This document shows, piece by piece, positions 38,465-51,440 of a stretch of 64,000 bases of DNA. The notes under the pieces were generated by a model. It worked only from the letters and a program-made list of their open reading frames with translations. It was not told the origin of the DNA and made no database searches. The DNA is from Macrostomum lignano. Its lineage: Eukaryota. The DNA is taken from NCBI GenBank assembly GCA_002269645.1, contig NIVC01000769.1:186001-250000 (forward strand), in the 5' to 3' direction. Numbering within the stretch: position 1 is the stretch's first letter; the number at the start of each line of letters is the position of its first letter. Position numbers and translations under genes: made by a program.

Positions 38465-41069
38465 CTAAGACAGTTTAATTTCACGCGCGCGAATATTCTA
38501 CTTACAGCAGGAGGGGCATGAAATCGATGAAGTAGTGGGATTTTTTAAATCCTGTTTTTTGCAGACAGTAAAGTATAATGTGTGCACATGTTTGGTTTTT
38601 TATTTGTTTTTTGTCATTCAATCACAAAAAGCATAAGTGAGTTGTAAATGGATTGCCACAAATGAAACAGAGATACTTGAAGTAGCTTGACGAGATGCTC
38701 ACTTATTGATTAATATAAGCTAGACTTTTTGTATTTTTATGAGCGTTTGAACAAATACATAGAGACTTCATCAATCTCTCTCAATGTACGCGCACTCCTA
38801 CATGTCGTATGTCTCTTTAATTGCAAATTTGAGTTAGGCCAATAAATGAAATTATAATTGATAACTAACACTGTATCTTGTCTATATACTGACGTTAATA
38901 GACGGTATTTAAATGACATAGCGGTATGCGTACTTTGGAAAATAATACTGACTATGCGTCGATCTGTATGCTACGTGTACTGTGTCTGGCTCGTAAGTGC
39001 ACGTGTTCAGAGCTTTATTGTACATGTACGCTCGTACAATGTTACATGTATGTAATGCGGATAGTTTTCTGTTTAAAATAAAGCGCGAAGTCATGCAGTT
39101 ACAGATAGCGCACGGAATGTTTTTTTATTTCTTTTCTTACTTAAATGTACAGTAAAATTTAAATCTTCGGCCGTTCTTTAGTAAACAGAATGTCAGTTAT
39201 TTATCAGACATGAGCGTAAGAAGAAATGCATGCATGGGCATTATAGCTATAGTACTTTGAAATTGTAAACGATTGTCAGCGGGGTTGCGAGAGCTGCTAC
39301 CTCTGCAACCCTGTCGTGACCTGGCTAAATGGATCAGTAGTGATTTTCACCTGTTTCAGCAGTTTTTTGAGGAAAAATTGGCACTGATTAAACCCAGAAG
39401 TCTATAAATGTATACGACCACACCTGATTTGAAGCGTGCTCAATAAAATTCTTCCAGAGTTTTGATTATCTCTACTCTGTGGGGGCCGCAGCCTAGTACT
39501 ACTACATGTAGTAGGTCTATAGTACTATACGGCGCTCTTTATATGTGCGAGCGGCCCACAGTCTCGATTCCAAGTGCAATCACATTAATTTTGAGATAAA
39601 TTGGACCGAATCTCGGCTTGGGTCTGTTGACAGTTAAGATTTTTTAGGGACAACCCCCCAAGGCACAGTGAAGCGTAAATATGCCTAAAAGTAAGAACCG
39701 CAGCTAGTACACTCCTGCAGTGCGAGGTGTGTGCGTATGACTGGTGTGCGTAACTGCGCGCATGTGTGCCTGCTCGGGAGTTGGAGGAATTGATGAGCAT
39801 GCAGTAATGCCTCTTGCCGGTTGTGTGATAATTTCGTTTAAAGTGTTGTAAGGGTGGACACATCCGGACCAATGAGCACTGTATAATATACGTTACAGTG
39901 GTCCTTGATCCGGACTCTGCCTTTAATGAAAAACCACTGTAGTACAATTTCCAGGAATTGTATGATAAAAAATGATATTTTCAGCTTTACGTCCTATCGT
40001 ACTAGCTACAGTGGTCTTAAATCAAAAACAGAACAACAGAACAAAACAAAACAGAACAGCGACGTTGCCGCGACGAAGTGTGTTACTAGGTAGGGCCTTG
40101 AGTCGTTTTATGTAATATTCAAGTATTGATCGAGCTGCCAAGTGTCAACTATATTGTCATAATGAATCTTAAACAAGATTTTTTAAAAGTGCTCTGTCAT
40201 AGTCTTGGTTCTCAAGAGAAAAAATCGTCATATGAGGCTAATCTGCCTCGAAACTAGACAGAAAATTTACAATTATACAACCATAGGTTTTGTTTTTTCG
40301 CAGTCCAAATTTCAGTTTTCAGTTTTCGAAGAACTTTCGACTGATGAAGGAGCAGGATGAACAGCCTTGGAAGCTTTACTCGAGTAGTCCTTGCATTTCG
40401 TCTGCTAACCAGTTCGTCTGCCAGTCCACCACTCTCTCTGCAAAAATACGATCTTATCATTTCTTCTGCCACAAATTATTGAATACGACGTCAGTATTAA
40501 TGCGCATATCAGACACATATCAAAACAAAAAGAAATATGTCTGATCTGAAGATGTACCTCAGATATATGTCGCTGTCATTATATTTGAATCAATTTGATA
40601 TATAGTGATAAGATAATGAACTTATTTATAAATGAATAGTGATTTCCTAATTTTCCTAATTTCCTATAAGTTCCTAATCTTAGATTTTTTAATTAAAGTT
40701 TCTTATTAGTTACTTAAAACAAAGTCAAAGCAGATAATATGTACATGTAGGCCATATTATTTTAAGTAGACTAAGACTCTAGTCTGAGCCTAGTACACTA
40801 AAATAGTTATTGACCATATTGCTGATCATGCTCTGTGCATGCATTAGGGCTTAAACCAAAATATAGAGACACTTATGATAAATCATAGAATCATACATGT
40901 ATATTATTCATTCCATTAGGGGCTCTATATGTTTTATACTCATGACTATATAAAGCAAGGCTATCCCTATCCATAGCAGGCTAACTACAGGCAAGGTCTT
41001 GCTCTAGCTCCTGCTTTCCTTGTGTTAAGTTGACCTGCTTTACTTATGCTGATAACTTGGTGCTGACTT

Positions 41070-41509
41070 GGCATAACTATGGTTTTGTTCATTATATTAT
41101 TTTTAAAAAGTGACAAGTTATTAGAGATTATGACAAACCATACTCGGAGAAGTTTAGAAAAGATGACCCACCACCAAAAAAGTTCAAATTAGAGTTTGAA
41201 GTCACAAGAAAGATAATTAGAGGGGATAATAATGTGACACCCAGTAGAGAAAGTTGCCAAACACATTCTGTGGATATAGATAGTGCCACAGAAATTCCTG
41301 CAGATGAGTTTCAAATCAACCATCACTTGTCCCGTACATGTTGCAAAACTTCACCTTGCAATGTACCCATGTTCCCTCGATAGTGTTCGTATGAACCATT
41401 GGGTCCTAGGGTCCACAAAATGGAGCTGGTGGTCATCCAGCCATTTCTTTGTGCGCTGGAACAAATCTGAAACAAGAAATAATATAACGAATGAAACCAT
41501 AGTTATGCC
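41070..41509 (-). mobile_element. Non-autonomous Merlin (IS1016/IS1595-related) DNA transposon, complete with TIRs and 8-bp TSD
   Basis: 33-bp TIRs start GGCATAACTATGG (41070-41102 and 41477-41509). Flanks GCTGACTT (41062-69) and ACTGACTT (41510-17) form an 8-bp TSD with one change. The internal minus-strand remnant 41445-41217 reads HFVDP/VHTNTIEGTW..MYGTSD/HLQEFLW..VFGNFLYWVSHYYPL*, the Merlin transposase C-terminus. Confidence 0.88.
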
Positions 41510-44500
41510 ACTGACTTGTTCTAGTCCCAAAGTTGCACAGAAGACAGTAAGTTGGCTAGCTAATGAGGGGAAGTATGTAGGGCTTTATATCAGCTATAGT
41601 AGGATAGAGGTGTTGCATATTGGCATTGGCAACTCTTTACCTCTGCTTCTATTAGATGGCATCATGATCATATTATGCAAATGCAATCAGTTTAAGTATT
41701 AGGTATCCTAGTCATTGACCCCAATGCCATTATCAACAACTGCAAGCAGCTGGCATAGCAGGCCTCCAACCTTTTCTGCTTTATCTTCTATTGCTAGCTT
41801 GCCACCAATAGCTTAAAGCTCCCCCTATTCTACTTGGCAATTGAAATGGTGCTAACCTACAGGCTGGAAGCTGTTCTATGATTGCCATTTGTAAGGCAAG
41901 CTTGGAGGCCTGCCATTGTCACCTACTGCATAATGCCATGGGCATCCAGTTCCCTAAGCATATGAGCAACACCAAGCTAGTAGCCTGGACTTGCATGCCA
42001 TCCCTGGGTTACACCCTGCAAAGGCAATACTAGATGTTAGTTGGCCACTGCCTGTAGGCCCAAACATGGGACACCAGGCCCCTGTTTGTCAACCTGCTAC
42101 TTAGCCCACCTTGTGGAAGACTCCGCTGGGGCCAAGCATGCTGCACCATTTTAACTGATACCCTTTTCACTGACTTGTAGGCTCTGGGCCTTATCCATCA
42201 GTCTGTAGCTAGGTTAGACTTAGCTGTTTTCTATCAGTAGGTGCTTCACTGACCCCTATGCTAGCATCTGTTTAATAATAATAATGACTATGAATTAGCT
42301 TTCTAAAAGCTTCTGGAGTCCTTATCCTCATTTATGTCTTATATATATAATTATAATTATATATAATTATATTTTATGATAATAGCACTCTAAGCCTTTG
42401 GTGGGCATTCAAATTTAAAATTCAAATGGAGTGCCTATTGAAAGTATGAAAAAACATTGTTTTTCAAATATTTCACCAATTTCTAATTTGAATTTTTTAT
42501 ATTAGTTTGCCAAACAAATCTGAATTAATTGGGCCCATTAACATTATTGCCCCAAAAAGATCAAAGCAATTTATTAGGTTGACAAAGCCTTGTTTTGTCT
42601 ACTAATTAAATTTCAAGCCAGCTTTATAACTCCTCTCTCTTTTTTCTATTGTTTATCTGATTGGTAAATGATAAAACTCAATCAAGACCACAAATTGCAA
42701 GCCCAAACAAAGTCATATAATCTCTTAGCTTATATATATTTTTTTAATACTTGACCCATTTCCAATTTGAATTTTTTATTAAAAAATATAGAACTAATTG
42801 CCAAAGAATTCCAGATGTTTTAAGACTAATTTAAAAAAATCAGCCAAATAGTTCTTAAAAAAATCAATTATAGAAAGTCAGATAGACAGATAAATAGATA
42901 GACAAATAGTTCAAAATTAGTATATAAATGTCTAGGTCTAGAGTCTAGACTATACACATCTAGACTATATACAAGGGAAAGAGAGGGAAAGATAAAAGCA
43001 AAATAAAAAAGGCAATCAAATTGATAGGCATTGAGCACTTTAGCTGAATTCTGCATTGTCTATAGAATACTGAGTAATGAGACAACTCATTTTTAATATA
43101 TAGAATTCATAGCTACATTACTGCATCTGTTATAGCTAGCAGCAAGAAGTCCCAACCCCCTGTGATTCTATGAACCTGTGATTCTTGCCAATTATCACTG
43201 GCTAATGATGCATTTCAACCATAGCAAGAAAGTTATAGGAAGTTATAGAAAATTTACTATAGCTTATTTAGCTATGGATACAGACTATAGATATAGATAT
43301 GGGAAAATTTTGGTTATAGTAAAACTCTAAAATTTTGCTTTTGGAGTAATCTTTACTTGCACATTCAATTATATTCTTCAAAAATTTGCAATTTGAATAG
43401 GAGCAGAATGATGTAGCTAGACAAATTTGTTTCTGGTAAGTCTTTGCTATTGGGTAGATACACTTAGTCAGTGCAGGGCAGATGCAATAGACTCAAATCA
43501 AGAATTGCTCAACCTGAATGAGTTTCACTAGTTGACAATTGACAATCTATTGAATTTCACTAGTTGACAATTGACAATCTATTGAATTCATTTATAGTAT
43601 TCATTTTATACTTAACAGAAACATCAAATTTTCAAAGAAGTGCAGGAGAGGAGGTCATGACCCCATTGGTTGTTGCCACTAATAATTCTTTTTTAAGGGC
43701 CATTCATTATGATTTAAAGTGGGAGTTGAGGTAGGTGTTGGGTTTGAAGTGGATGGGGTTTATGGGATTAAAGTAGGTTTTGTATTTCAAACCAAACTCA
43801 ACAAGAATTGCAACCTTTAATTCCTAAAAACACAATTCATTTGTTCACTTATTCTGCTGCATAAGTTCAAGCAGTCAGATCTAAAAAGCCCCATGCCCAA
43901 TTGTGTTCATAGCTTGCCTTTCTGCACAGCTCTCTAATTTTAGGTTAAAGTACTTTTGACTTCTTGCACTGAGTCACTGCATGTATTATACAGGTCTAAG
44001 CTAGAAAATATCTTAAATTGTCTTATATTTTTCTGTCCAAATTTTGCTTTATCAATGTAGAGGCGAGGCCCTCAGAAAAATAGAAAACTGTCAACAATAA
44101 TTTGCGCTGCTTAGATAAGTGACGTGGGTTGATTAAATGCAAACAAATAATTTTTTTCTAATCTATTTTTAGAGAGACTATGCTAGAAAGATTAGCGCAG
44201 CTCTAGTTTGTGTACTTAGTCGTTAGACGCGACTCACGCGACTTGTATCTTTTACTGCAATAGAAAGTGTTCATAGCTGGAATAAAAATTTCGCTAGAAA
44301 AAAGATTAGCTCTCGATAGAGTGTTGCGCATTGCTTGTTCAACTCTCGCGCTTTGCCCATGGGTGGTCCTTAGTTGAAGGGGCGGAGTTCCTCAGTGGTA
44401 AATTCATCTGATTCTTCTTACGCCAAAGTAACCCAGGTTCGCTTCTGTGCGCAGCGGTGCATTGATTGGATCGCGGAATTATTGTTGGAACTTTGAAAAT

Positions 44501-44602
44501 CGTCTTTTCATTCGATTATGCATTTAACTTCCATTGCATTGCTACAAATGCGTTTCTATTTATAATTTCAGTCCTTAACTTGACGTTATTATTTAACTGA
44601 TA

Positions 44603-47600
44603 ATGGCCGATTCAAACAAACAGTATCAGCAGCCGCCGCCTGTTGGTTTTGCGCCTGGCTATGGCCAGCCTCAGCAGGGCTATGGACAACCCCAGCCGGG
44701 CTACGGACAGCCTCAACAGGGCTATGGCCAGCCTCAGCAGGGCTATGGCCAGCCTCAGCAGGGCTATGGACAACCCCAGCCGGGCTACGGACAGCCTCAG
44801 CAGCAAGGCGGCGCCCCCGCAGCCGCCGCTCCGGGCCAGGTGGTGTGGATGAACCGCCCGGCTCCGATACCCGGCTGTCCGCCCGGACTGGAATACCTGA
44901 CCCAGGTTGACCAGCTGCTGGTGCACCAACAAATCGAATTATTGGAGGTGTTCACCAATTGGGAGACTAAGAATAAATATCAAGTTAAAAACAGCATGGG
45001 CCAACAGGTAATTATTTGCTCGAGTTCTTGAATTTTAGTCCGACTGCGATATAACAAATTGATATTTGTAGTGTAATGCTGTGCACCAGACTGCAACGCC
45101 TTATCGTTACGGCCTCATTGTCCCATCTTTGCATTAGCCCCACCGTAGTCGATAGCGTAACGGATTTTACTTTGCAACCCATCAAGATAGTGGGGCAGAA
45201 GAGAGGCAATCAAGGCTTCATCTTTCTTATTCCCGACCGCCACTTCCCTCTTTCCCCAATGCATACCATGGTTCCAATGCACAGCTGCTGTCTGCATCCC
45301 ACAGTATTGGTTACATAGCGTATCGGCTGCCTTGCTTTGTAGTTGTACTTTTAACTCGTATTGGTATATCCACTGTGGTGAATTCGCGGGAACTCTGCGC
45401 CTTTGCTTTTTGTATCGCATCGATCCGAGACTGAGACCATTAATTAGAAATGCGTGTTGACACCAGGCTCAGATAGGGTGGACTACAGAGGGAGATAAAT
45501 GAGGGCGGAGAGGTAGATGAAAGAAGATCATCGGATTAGATAAATGCTAGCAGGTAGAGTATATACAGAGCTTGTATAAGAATATACCGGTGTAAAGGAG
45601 ACTATATAAAGGAGAGCCGGTAGAGTAGATAAAGAAGAGTGGTAGAGTAGATGATAGAGTTCTGATAGAGTAAATAAAGGAGAGTTGATAGAGTACATAA
45701 AGGAGAGCGGATAGAGTACATAAAGGAGAGCGGATAGAGTACAGTACATAAAGGAGAGCGGATAGAGTACATAAAGGAGAGCGGATAGAGTACATAAAGG
45801 AGAGCGGATAGAGTACATAAAGGAGAGCGGATAGAGTACATAAAGGAGTGCTGGTAAAGTAGATGAAGAAGAACGGGTAGAGTAGATAACGGAACGGTTC
45901 ATCCCGCCTCTCTTTGCCAACCTCGCCGCAGGTGTACTTCGCTGCTGAAGAATCAGACGTTTGCGCCCGGCAATGCTGTGGGCCACAGCGCGGCTTTGTA
46001 ATGCACATCACGGACAACCTGGGCTCCGAGGTGATCCGGGTCACTCGCGAATTCAAATGCCTCGCCTGCCCGGGCTGCTACTGCCTGGCTGGGGCCGACG
46101 CCTGCGCCCACGAGCTGCAGATCGAGGCCCCGCCCGGCACCGTTGTTGGCTACGTGCGCCAGGAGTGCTCCTGTCTGGAGCCGCGCTACGAGATACAGAA
46201 CGCCGATAGGCAGGTTGTGCTGTTGATTAGGGGACCCGTCTGCATCTGCCAAGGACCCTGCTGCACCTGGGATCAGGAGTTCAAGGTCTGTTTGTACTCT
46301 TGTTGGGCCAGTGGTTTTTTGTTGATTTTAGAGTTTTTGGCGTTTATATTTCCTAACTTCCTGACGCGTCCCTTACCCTATCCCTTCCATTCCCTAATCC
46401 ATCTCATCTCCATTCATTCCCTCACTTCTTCCCCCATTCATTCCCTCACTCCTTCCCTATTCATTCCCTCACTCCTTCCCCATTCATTCCCTCACTCCTT
46501 CCCCATTCATTCCCTCACTCCTTCCCCCATTCATTCCCTCACTCCCCTTCCCCTCTATTATTTCCTTTCCTTCTCACTCCGTCTCGTTCGTTTCGATCGT
46601 TGACTGCTTGAGTCTGATACAAGTCAATTAGGAGCTCGCGGTGTTTCCGCTAGGTTTGGCAGACTAAAATGCTTAAGGTGCGCCTGCTGCTGCTAACCGC
46701 TTTTCCTCCAGGTGTACTCGGCGGACATGGCCCACGAGGTTGGCAAAATTAGCAAGCAATGGTCTGGCTTCATTCGTGAATACTTTACGGACGCTGACAA
46801 CTTCGGCGTATCGTGTGAGTAACGCTTGCAGGCTGTGTAGAGTTAGTTTTATACTAGTTGTACTTTACCCCTTCTTTGAAGTGTTTTGCCATTGATTTTG
46901 CTTCTTTCAGTCCCAATGGATCTGGACGTGAGAATGAAGGCCACCATGATTGGCGCCGTGTTTTTAATTGTGAGTGCTTTTATTTGCAAGTCAAATTGTT
47001 CACTTCTTAATCTTAGAGCACCTTAAGTACTATTCTATTCCATTAGAAGCAAACCAGGTATTCCATTAGGAGCAAACCAGGTATTCCATTAGGAGCAAAC
47101 CAGGTATTCCATTAGGAGCAGTCCAAGTATTCCATTAGGAGCAGCCCTGGTATTCCATTAGGAGCAGCTCAGGTATTCCATTAGAAGCAAACCAGGTATT
47201 CCATTAGGAGCAAACCAGGTATTCCATTAGGAGCAAACCAGGTATTCCATTAGGAGCAGCCCTGGTATTCCATTAGGAGCAGCTCAGGTATTCCATTAGG
47301 AGCAGCCCTGGTATTCCATTAGGAGCAGCCCTGGTATTCCATTAGGAGCAGCTCAGGTATTCCATTAGGAGCAGCCCAGGTATTCCATTAGGAGCAGACC
47401 AGGTATTCCATAAGGAGCAGACCAGGTATTTAATTGAGAGGAGCTCAGGTATTTCATTAGTGCAGTCCAGGTATTCACATTATTAGCAGCCTATATATAC
47501 AGTAGTAGGTGCAGTCCAGTTATTATTATTATTATTAGCAGCCCATGTGTTACATTAGGAGCACCCCAGGTAATTTACTACTTGTAGGAACACCTCAGGT

Positions 47601-49486
47601 GTTTTGCTAGGCGCACATCAGGTATTTCGCAAGGATCACGGAGCTTAGGCTTCCAAATTTAGCTTGTAGAAATACCGGTAAACGAGACTGATGAAATGTT
47701 TCTTGAGCTTCAAACCTGTCGTCGAGAGCAGTGCCCTGTCTATCATCAGGCTATCAGATACTCGCTAATGGATTTTGCCCATGGAGTTGCACTTTCACTG
47801 TTTGCTAGCATTAAATATTTAACAGGCTGCATTGATCAGCGTGTTTTATAAGCCTTCGTAGACATTATCCAAAATAGCGTCCACTGCTCACATTAGCTGC
47901 TATTGCTTATAGAGCTACAGATAATAGCATAAATATTTAATCAGATTAGCCATTGCTATTGGCCACTACTTTTACTTCTACAGTGTTTGAATACTGGAAC
48001 TAGCGTAATTTATTATTAGTTAATCTAGTCCAGAATTAGCATGCCATTTCCTCTAGGCAAATTAGCCTAACTACCATGCAGCCTATTCACTCTGCAGTCT
48101 AGCTACCCAAAAGCTTAGCTGCCTTACAGCATGGGTACCCCAGCTACTCTAAATCTTAGCTGCCCTAGCTACTCTACAGTTTAGCTGCCCTAGCTACTCT
48201 ACAGTTTAGCTGCCCTAGCTACTCTACAGTTTAGCTGCCCTAGCTACTCTACAGTTTAGCTGCCCTAGCTACTCTACAGTTTAGCTGCCCTAGCTACTCT
48301 ACAGTTTAGCTGCCCTAGCTACTCTACAGTTTAGCTGCCCTAGCTACTCTACAGTTTAGCTGCCCTAGCTACTCTACAGTTTAGCTGCCCTAGCTACTCT
48401 ACAGTTTAGCTGCCCTAGCTGCTCTATAGTTTAGCTGCCCTAGCTACTCTACAGTTTAGCTGCCCTAGCTACTCTACAGTTTAGCTGCCCTAGCTACTCT
48501 ACAGTTTAGCTGCCCTAGCTACTCTACAGTTTAGCTGCCCTAGCTACTCTAAATCTTAGCTGCCCTAGCTACTCTACAGTTTAGCTGCCCTAGCTACTCT
48601 ACAGTTTAGCTGCCCTAGCTACTCTACAGTTTAGCTGCCCTAGCTACTCTACAGTTTAGCTGCCCTAGCTACTCTACAGTTTAGCTGCCCTAGCTACTCT
48701 ACAGCTTAGCTACCCAAATACTAGAGCTTAGCTGCCCTAGCTACTCTGCAGCTTAGCTGCCCTAGCTACTCTACAGTTTAGCTGCCCTAGCTACTCTACA
48801 GCTTAGCTGCCCAAATACTACAGCTTAGCTGCCCTAGCTACTCTACAGCTTAGCTGCCCAAATACTACAGCTTAGCTGCCCTAGCTACTCTGCAGCTTAG
48901 CTGCCTAAATACTCTGCTTAACTGCCCTAGCTACTCTACAGCTGATCTACCTAGCTACTCTACAGCTTAGCTAACCTGGCTACTATGCAGCTTCTCTGCC
49001 TAACTACAAGTTTGTAGCACACACACAATACAACCCAAAAATCACCCAACAGACTAAAAACGTAGTGGTCTTTAACAGCAATCAATCAATAGATTGCATG
49101 GCTTAGAGAAGAAAGGTTTGCAAGCGTTGGCAGGCGAGAGGGTAGAGAAAATGCCACCCTGGCCTGGTTGCCAAATCCCTCCCGCTGTGCGGCTTCCGGG
49201 TTGGAGGGGATCTTGTCTGCCTGCCCGAGCCCCATTCCCACTAGCATCTGAACTCGGGTGTAGAAAGCGGAACACTAGCCAGCTGTTGGTGTACGCGTAG
49301 TTTTTTTCTTGTTTAACTAAAAAGTACAATGGCAAAATCGAAAAATTTTAACTGCGTTGCAACTTTGTGAATAAAACTCGATATCCACTACTTAGTTGGT
49401 AAAAAATATATTCGCGTCCTCTTATTTCTTACAATTTGCAGGACTTTATGTTCTTCGAGAACAACCAGCAGAATCAGAATAACTAA
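44603..49486 (+). CDS. PLSCR: Phospholipid scramblase (PLSCR family), 321 aa
   Basis: Exons 44603-45007, 45932-46285, 46712-46814, 46911-46969, 49442-49486. Motifs [36 protein letters not shown], a Cys-rich palmitoylation segment, the Ca-binding [14 protein letters not shown] and C-terminal [18 protein letters not shown]. Confidence 0.96.
45630..45850. repeat. 23-bp minisatellite (PLSCR intron 1)
   Basis: Unit GGATAGAGTACATAAAGGAGAGC. Confidence 0.9.
46385..46545. repeat. 24-bp pyrimidine-rich minisatellite (PLSCR intron 2)
   Basis: Unit CATTCATTCCCTCACTCCTTCCCC. Confidence 0.85.
47032..47430. repeat. 22-bp minisatellite (PLSCR intron 4)
   Basis: Unit CCAGGTATTCCATTAGGAGCAG. Confidence 0.93.
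48105..49005. repeat. 25-bp minisatellite (PLSCR intron 4)
   Basis: Unit TTAGCTGCCCTAGCTACTCTACAGT, about 35 copies. Confidence 0.96.
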
Positions 49487-49674
49487 TCCCGCTTCGGACT
49501 ATACGCGAATGAATGTTTATAATTTTTCTTTTCAAGCTGTGCTTTTTTTCTGCCGTTAATGTTTAGCTTTTGTTGCTATTTCCTATTTTTTTCGTGTGTC
49601 CCAATAATATGGTTTGAGTTAAACAGTGGGATTTTATGACGAATAAACATAATTTCCCTGTTAGATTGATCTTT

Positions 49675-50110
49675 TAAGGCCCCCAACGTACTCCAGTAGT
49701 GAGGGTTGTAACTAGTAATTTGAATCCTGTTTGGAATTAAAAGGCTCCCGACGTACTCCAGTAGTAAGAGTTGTGACTATTAAATTTTGAATGCTGTTTG
49801 GAAATCTAAGGCTCCTAAAAGGCTCCCAACGTACTCCAGTAGCGAGAGTTGTAACTAGTAAAATTTGAATGCTGTTTGGAAATCTAAGGCTCCCAACGTA
49901 CTCCAGTAGCGAGAGTTGTAACTAGTAAAATTTGAATGCTGTTTGGAAATCTAAGGCTCCCAAAGTATTCAAGTAGTGAAATTTGACACTCGAAAAATTT
50001 TAGTGCTGACGATGGAGACCTCAATGTTCCCAACGTTCTCCGTAGTGAGAGTTAGGGACATACATTTTAAATGTTTTTAGGGGTTTTAAAGCTCAGCGTA
50101 CTCCAGTAGG
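49675..50110. repeat. About 67-bp diverged tandem repeat downstream of the PLSCR stop
   Basis: AAGGCTCCCAACGTACTCCAGTAG..TTGAATGCTGTTTGGAAATCT recurs about 6 times. Confidence 0.8.
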
Positions 50111-51394
50111 AGTATCAGAGCCAGTAAAATTTTACTGTACGTGGGTATTTAAAGGCTCAGAGCGTAAATAAAAAGTAAAGAAGATTTGAGAAGATTAGTT
50201 TATTTATAACCTTTGTGGAAGCTATACGAAAGTTTAATTCTACAGTACAAATACCTGTTCGATTCGGATAGCAAAACCGGCCTCATCAAGTGGCTGTCTC
50301 CGTGTTTTTCTATCACAAATAAGATCACCGATTTATTAACTAATTCACTCAGCCGGCTTCCCACCCTGCTCATTTGTTCCTTCCTTCTTCCCGCTATTCA
50401 TATATTCGCTTATACTTGGCGGTATTGTGAAATATTTATCTATTGTTTTCATAGGCAGTATTTTATTAGTTTGGCAAAATTGATTTTTTTAAAGATGCAT
50501 CACTCGGAATCGATAAGGCGTGCTAATTGTAATGCAATATTTGTGTGAACTTTTACCAGAAAAAAGTTAATAATCATAAATTGCTACTCGCATCAAAAGT
50601 AGTACCGTTTTTTTCGGGTTGTTGTTTCAAGTTTTCATTTTCTACTTTTTGTGTTGGACAGCGGCATAATAATGGATATTAGCTATATATAACGGTTACT
50701 GTTATATCAATATTATTACCAAATTATGTATTCGAAATCCAAACCCAGTCAATATATGCTCTCTAATTTAAACAGTTTTTATTTTGCTAATTACTATCGA
50801 GCTTGTATTGCTCGTAAATGAAGTGATTCAGGAGCCATGCGTGCAATAAATCAAGATGCGCTAATTATGTCTAGTCCATGCTTTGTTTTCATTTTCCCCT
50901 AGCCTTATGTATTTCAGATTTTTACCGACTTAATATAGTTTTATGGTTTCATTTGTGTAAATCTTGTGGAACCACATCTCCATAGCAATGACATCATGAC
51001 GGCTATAACCTTTGATGTCTTATTTTAAACTCCTGGGGAGATATCCAATGACACCTATCGTTGCTATGCAGATTGATTAATGTGTTTTTTGTCGTTCGTA
51101 AAGCCAAGGAAGCTCCTGGGTTGCTATGCGGCCACGTTTATTTATTTTTATATTACATTATATACGTCATACGGATGGCCGCATTTTGTAAGCGGCTAGG
51201 CCTATTCTTTTAGATAACTAAATCAACAGTCGATGCGATTAATAAAACTGTACCAAATATTGACAGTTTTTTTAAAAATCATAAAAAATTTATAAATTAT
51301 AAAAATTTCTCAGGATCTTTTATTCCATATCAACAATTAGATTAGTTAGTTGGTGTATTTTTATCTGCGCTTTATTCTTGCCAAGCCAAGCGGG

Positions 51395-51440
51395 CCGCTT
51401 TCATTGCGAGTGGGATTCGAACCCGCGACTGTCTGGGTAC
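51395..51440 (-). mobile_element. tRNA-derived SINE head fragment
   Basis: GGGATTCGAACCCGCG on + is a B box (GGTTCGAATCCC) on the minus strand. No full tRNA cloverleaf is evident. Confidence 0.4.

Noticed and set aside
41520-42250. Upstream continuation of the Merlin transposase
   Set aside because: The TIR and 8-bp TSD close the element at 41509, so the weak KVGGP-like match beyond it is not part of this element.
50213-50548. 111-aa ORF downstream of the scramblase
   Set aside because: It is AT-rich, starts at a non-ATG codon and has no recognisable domain.
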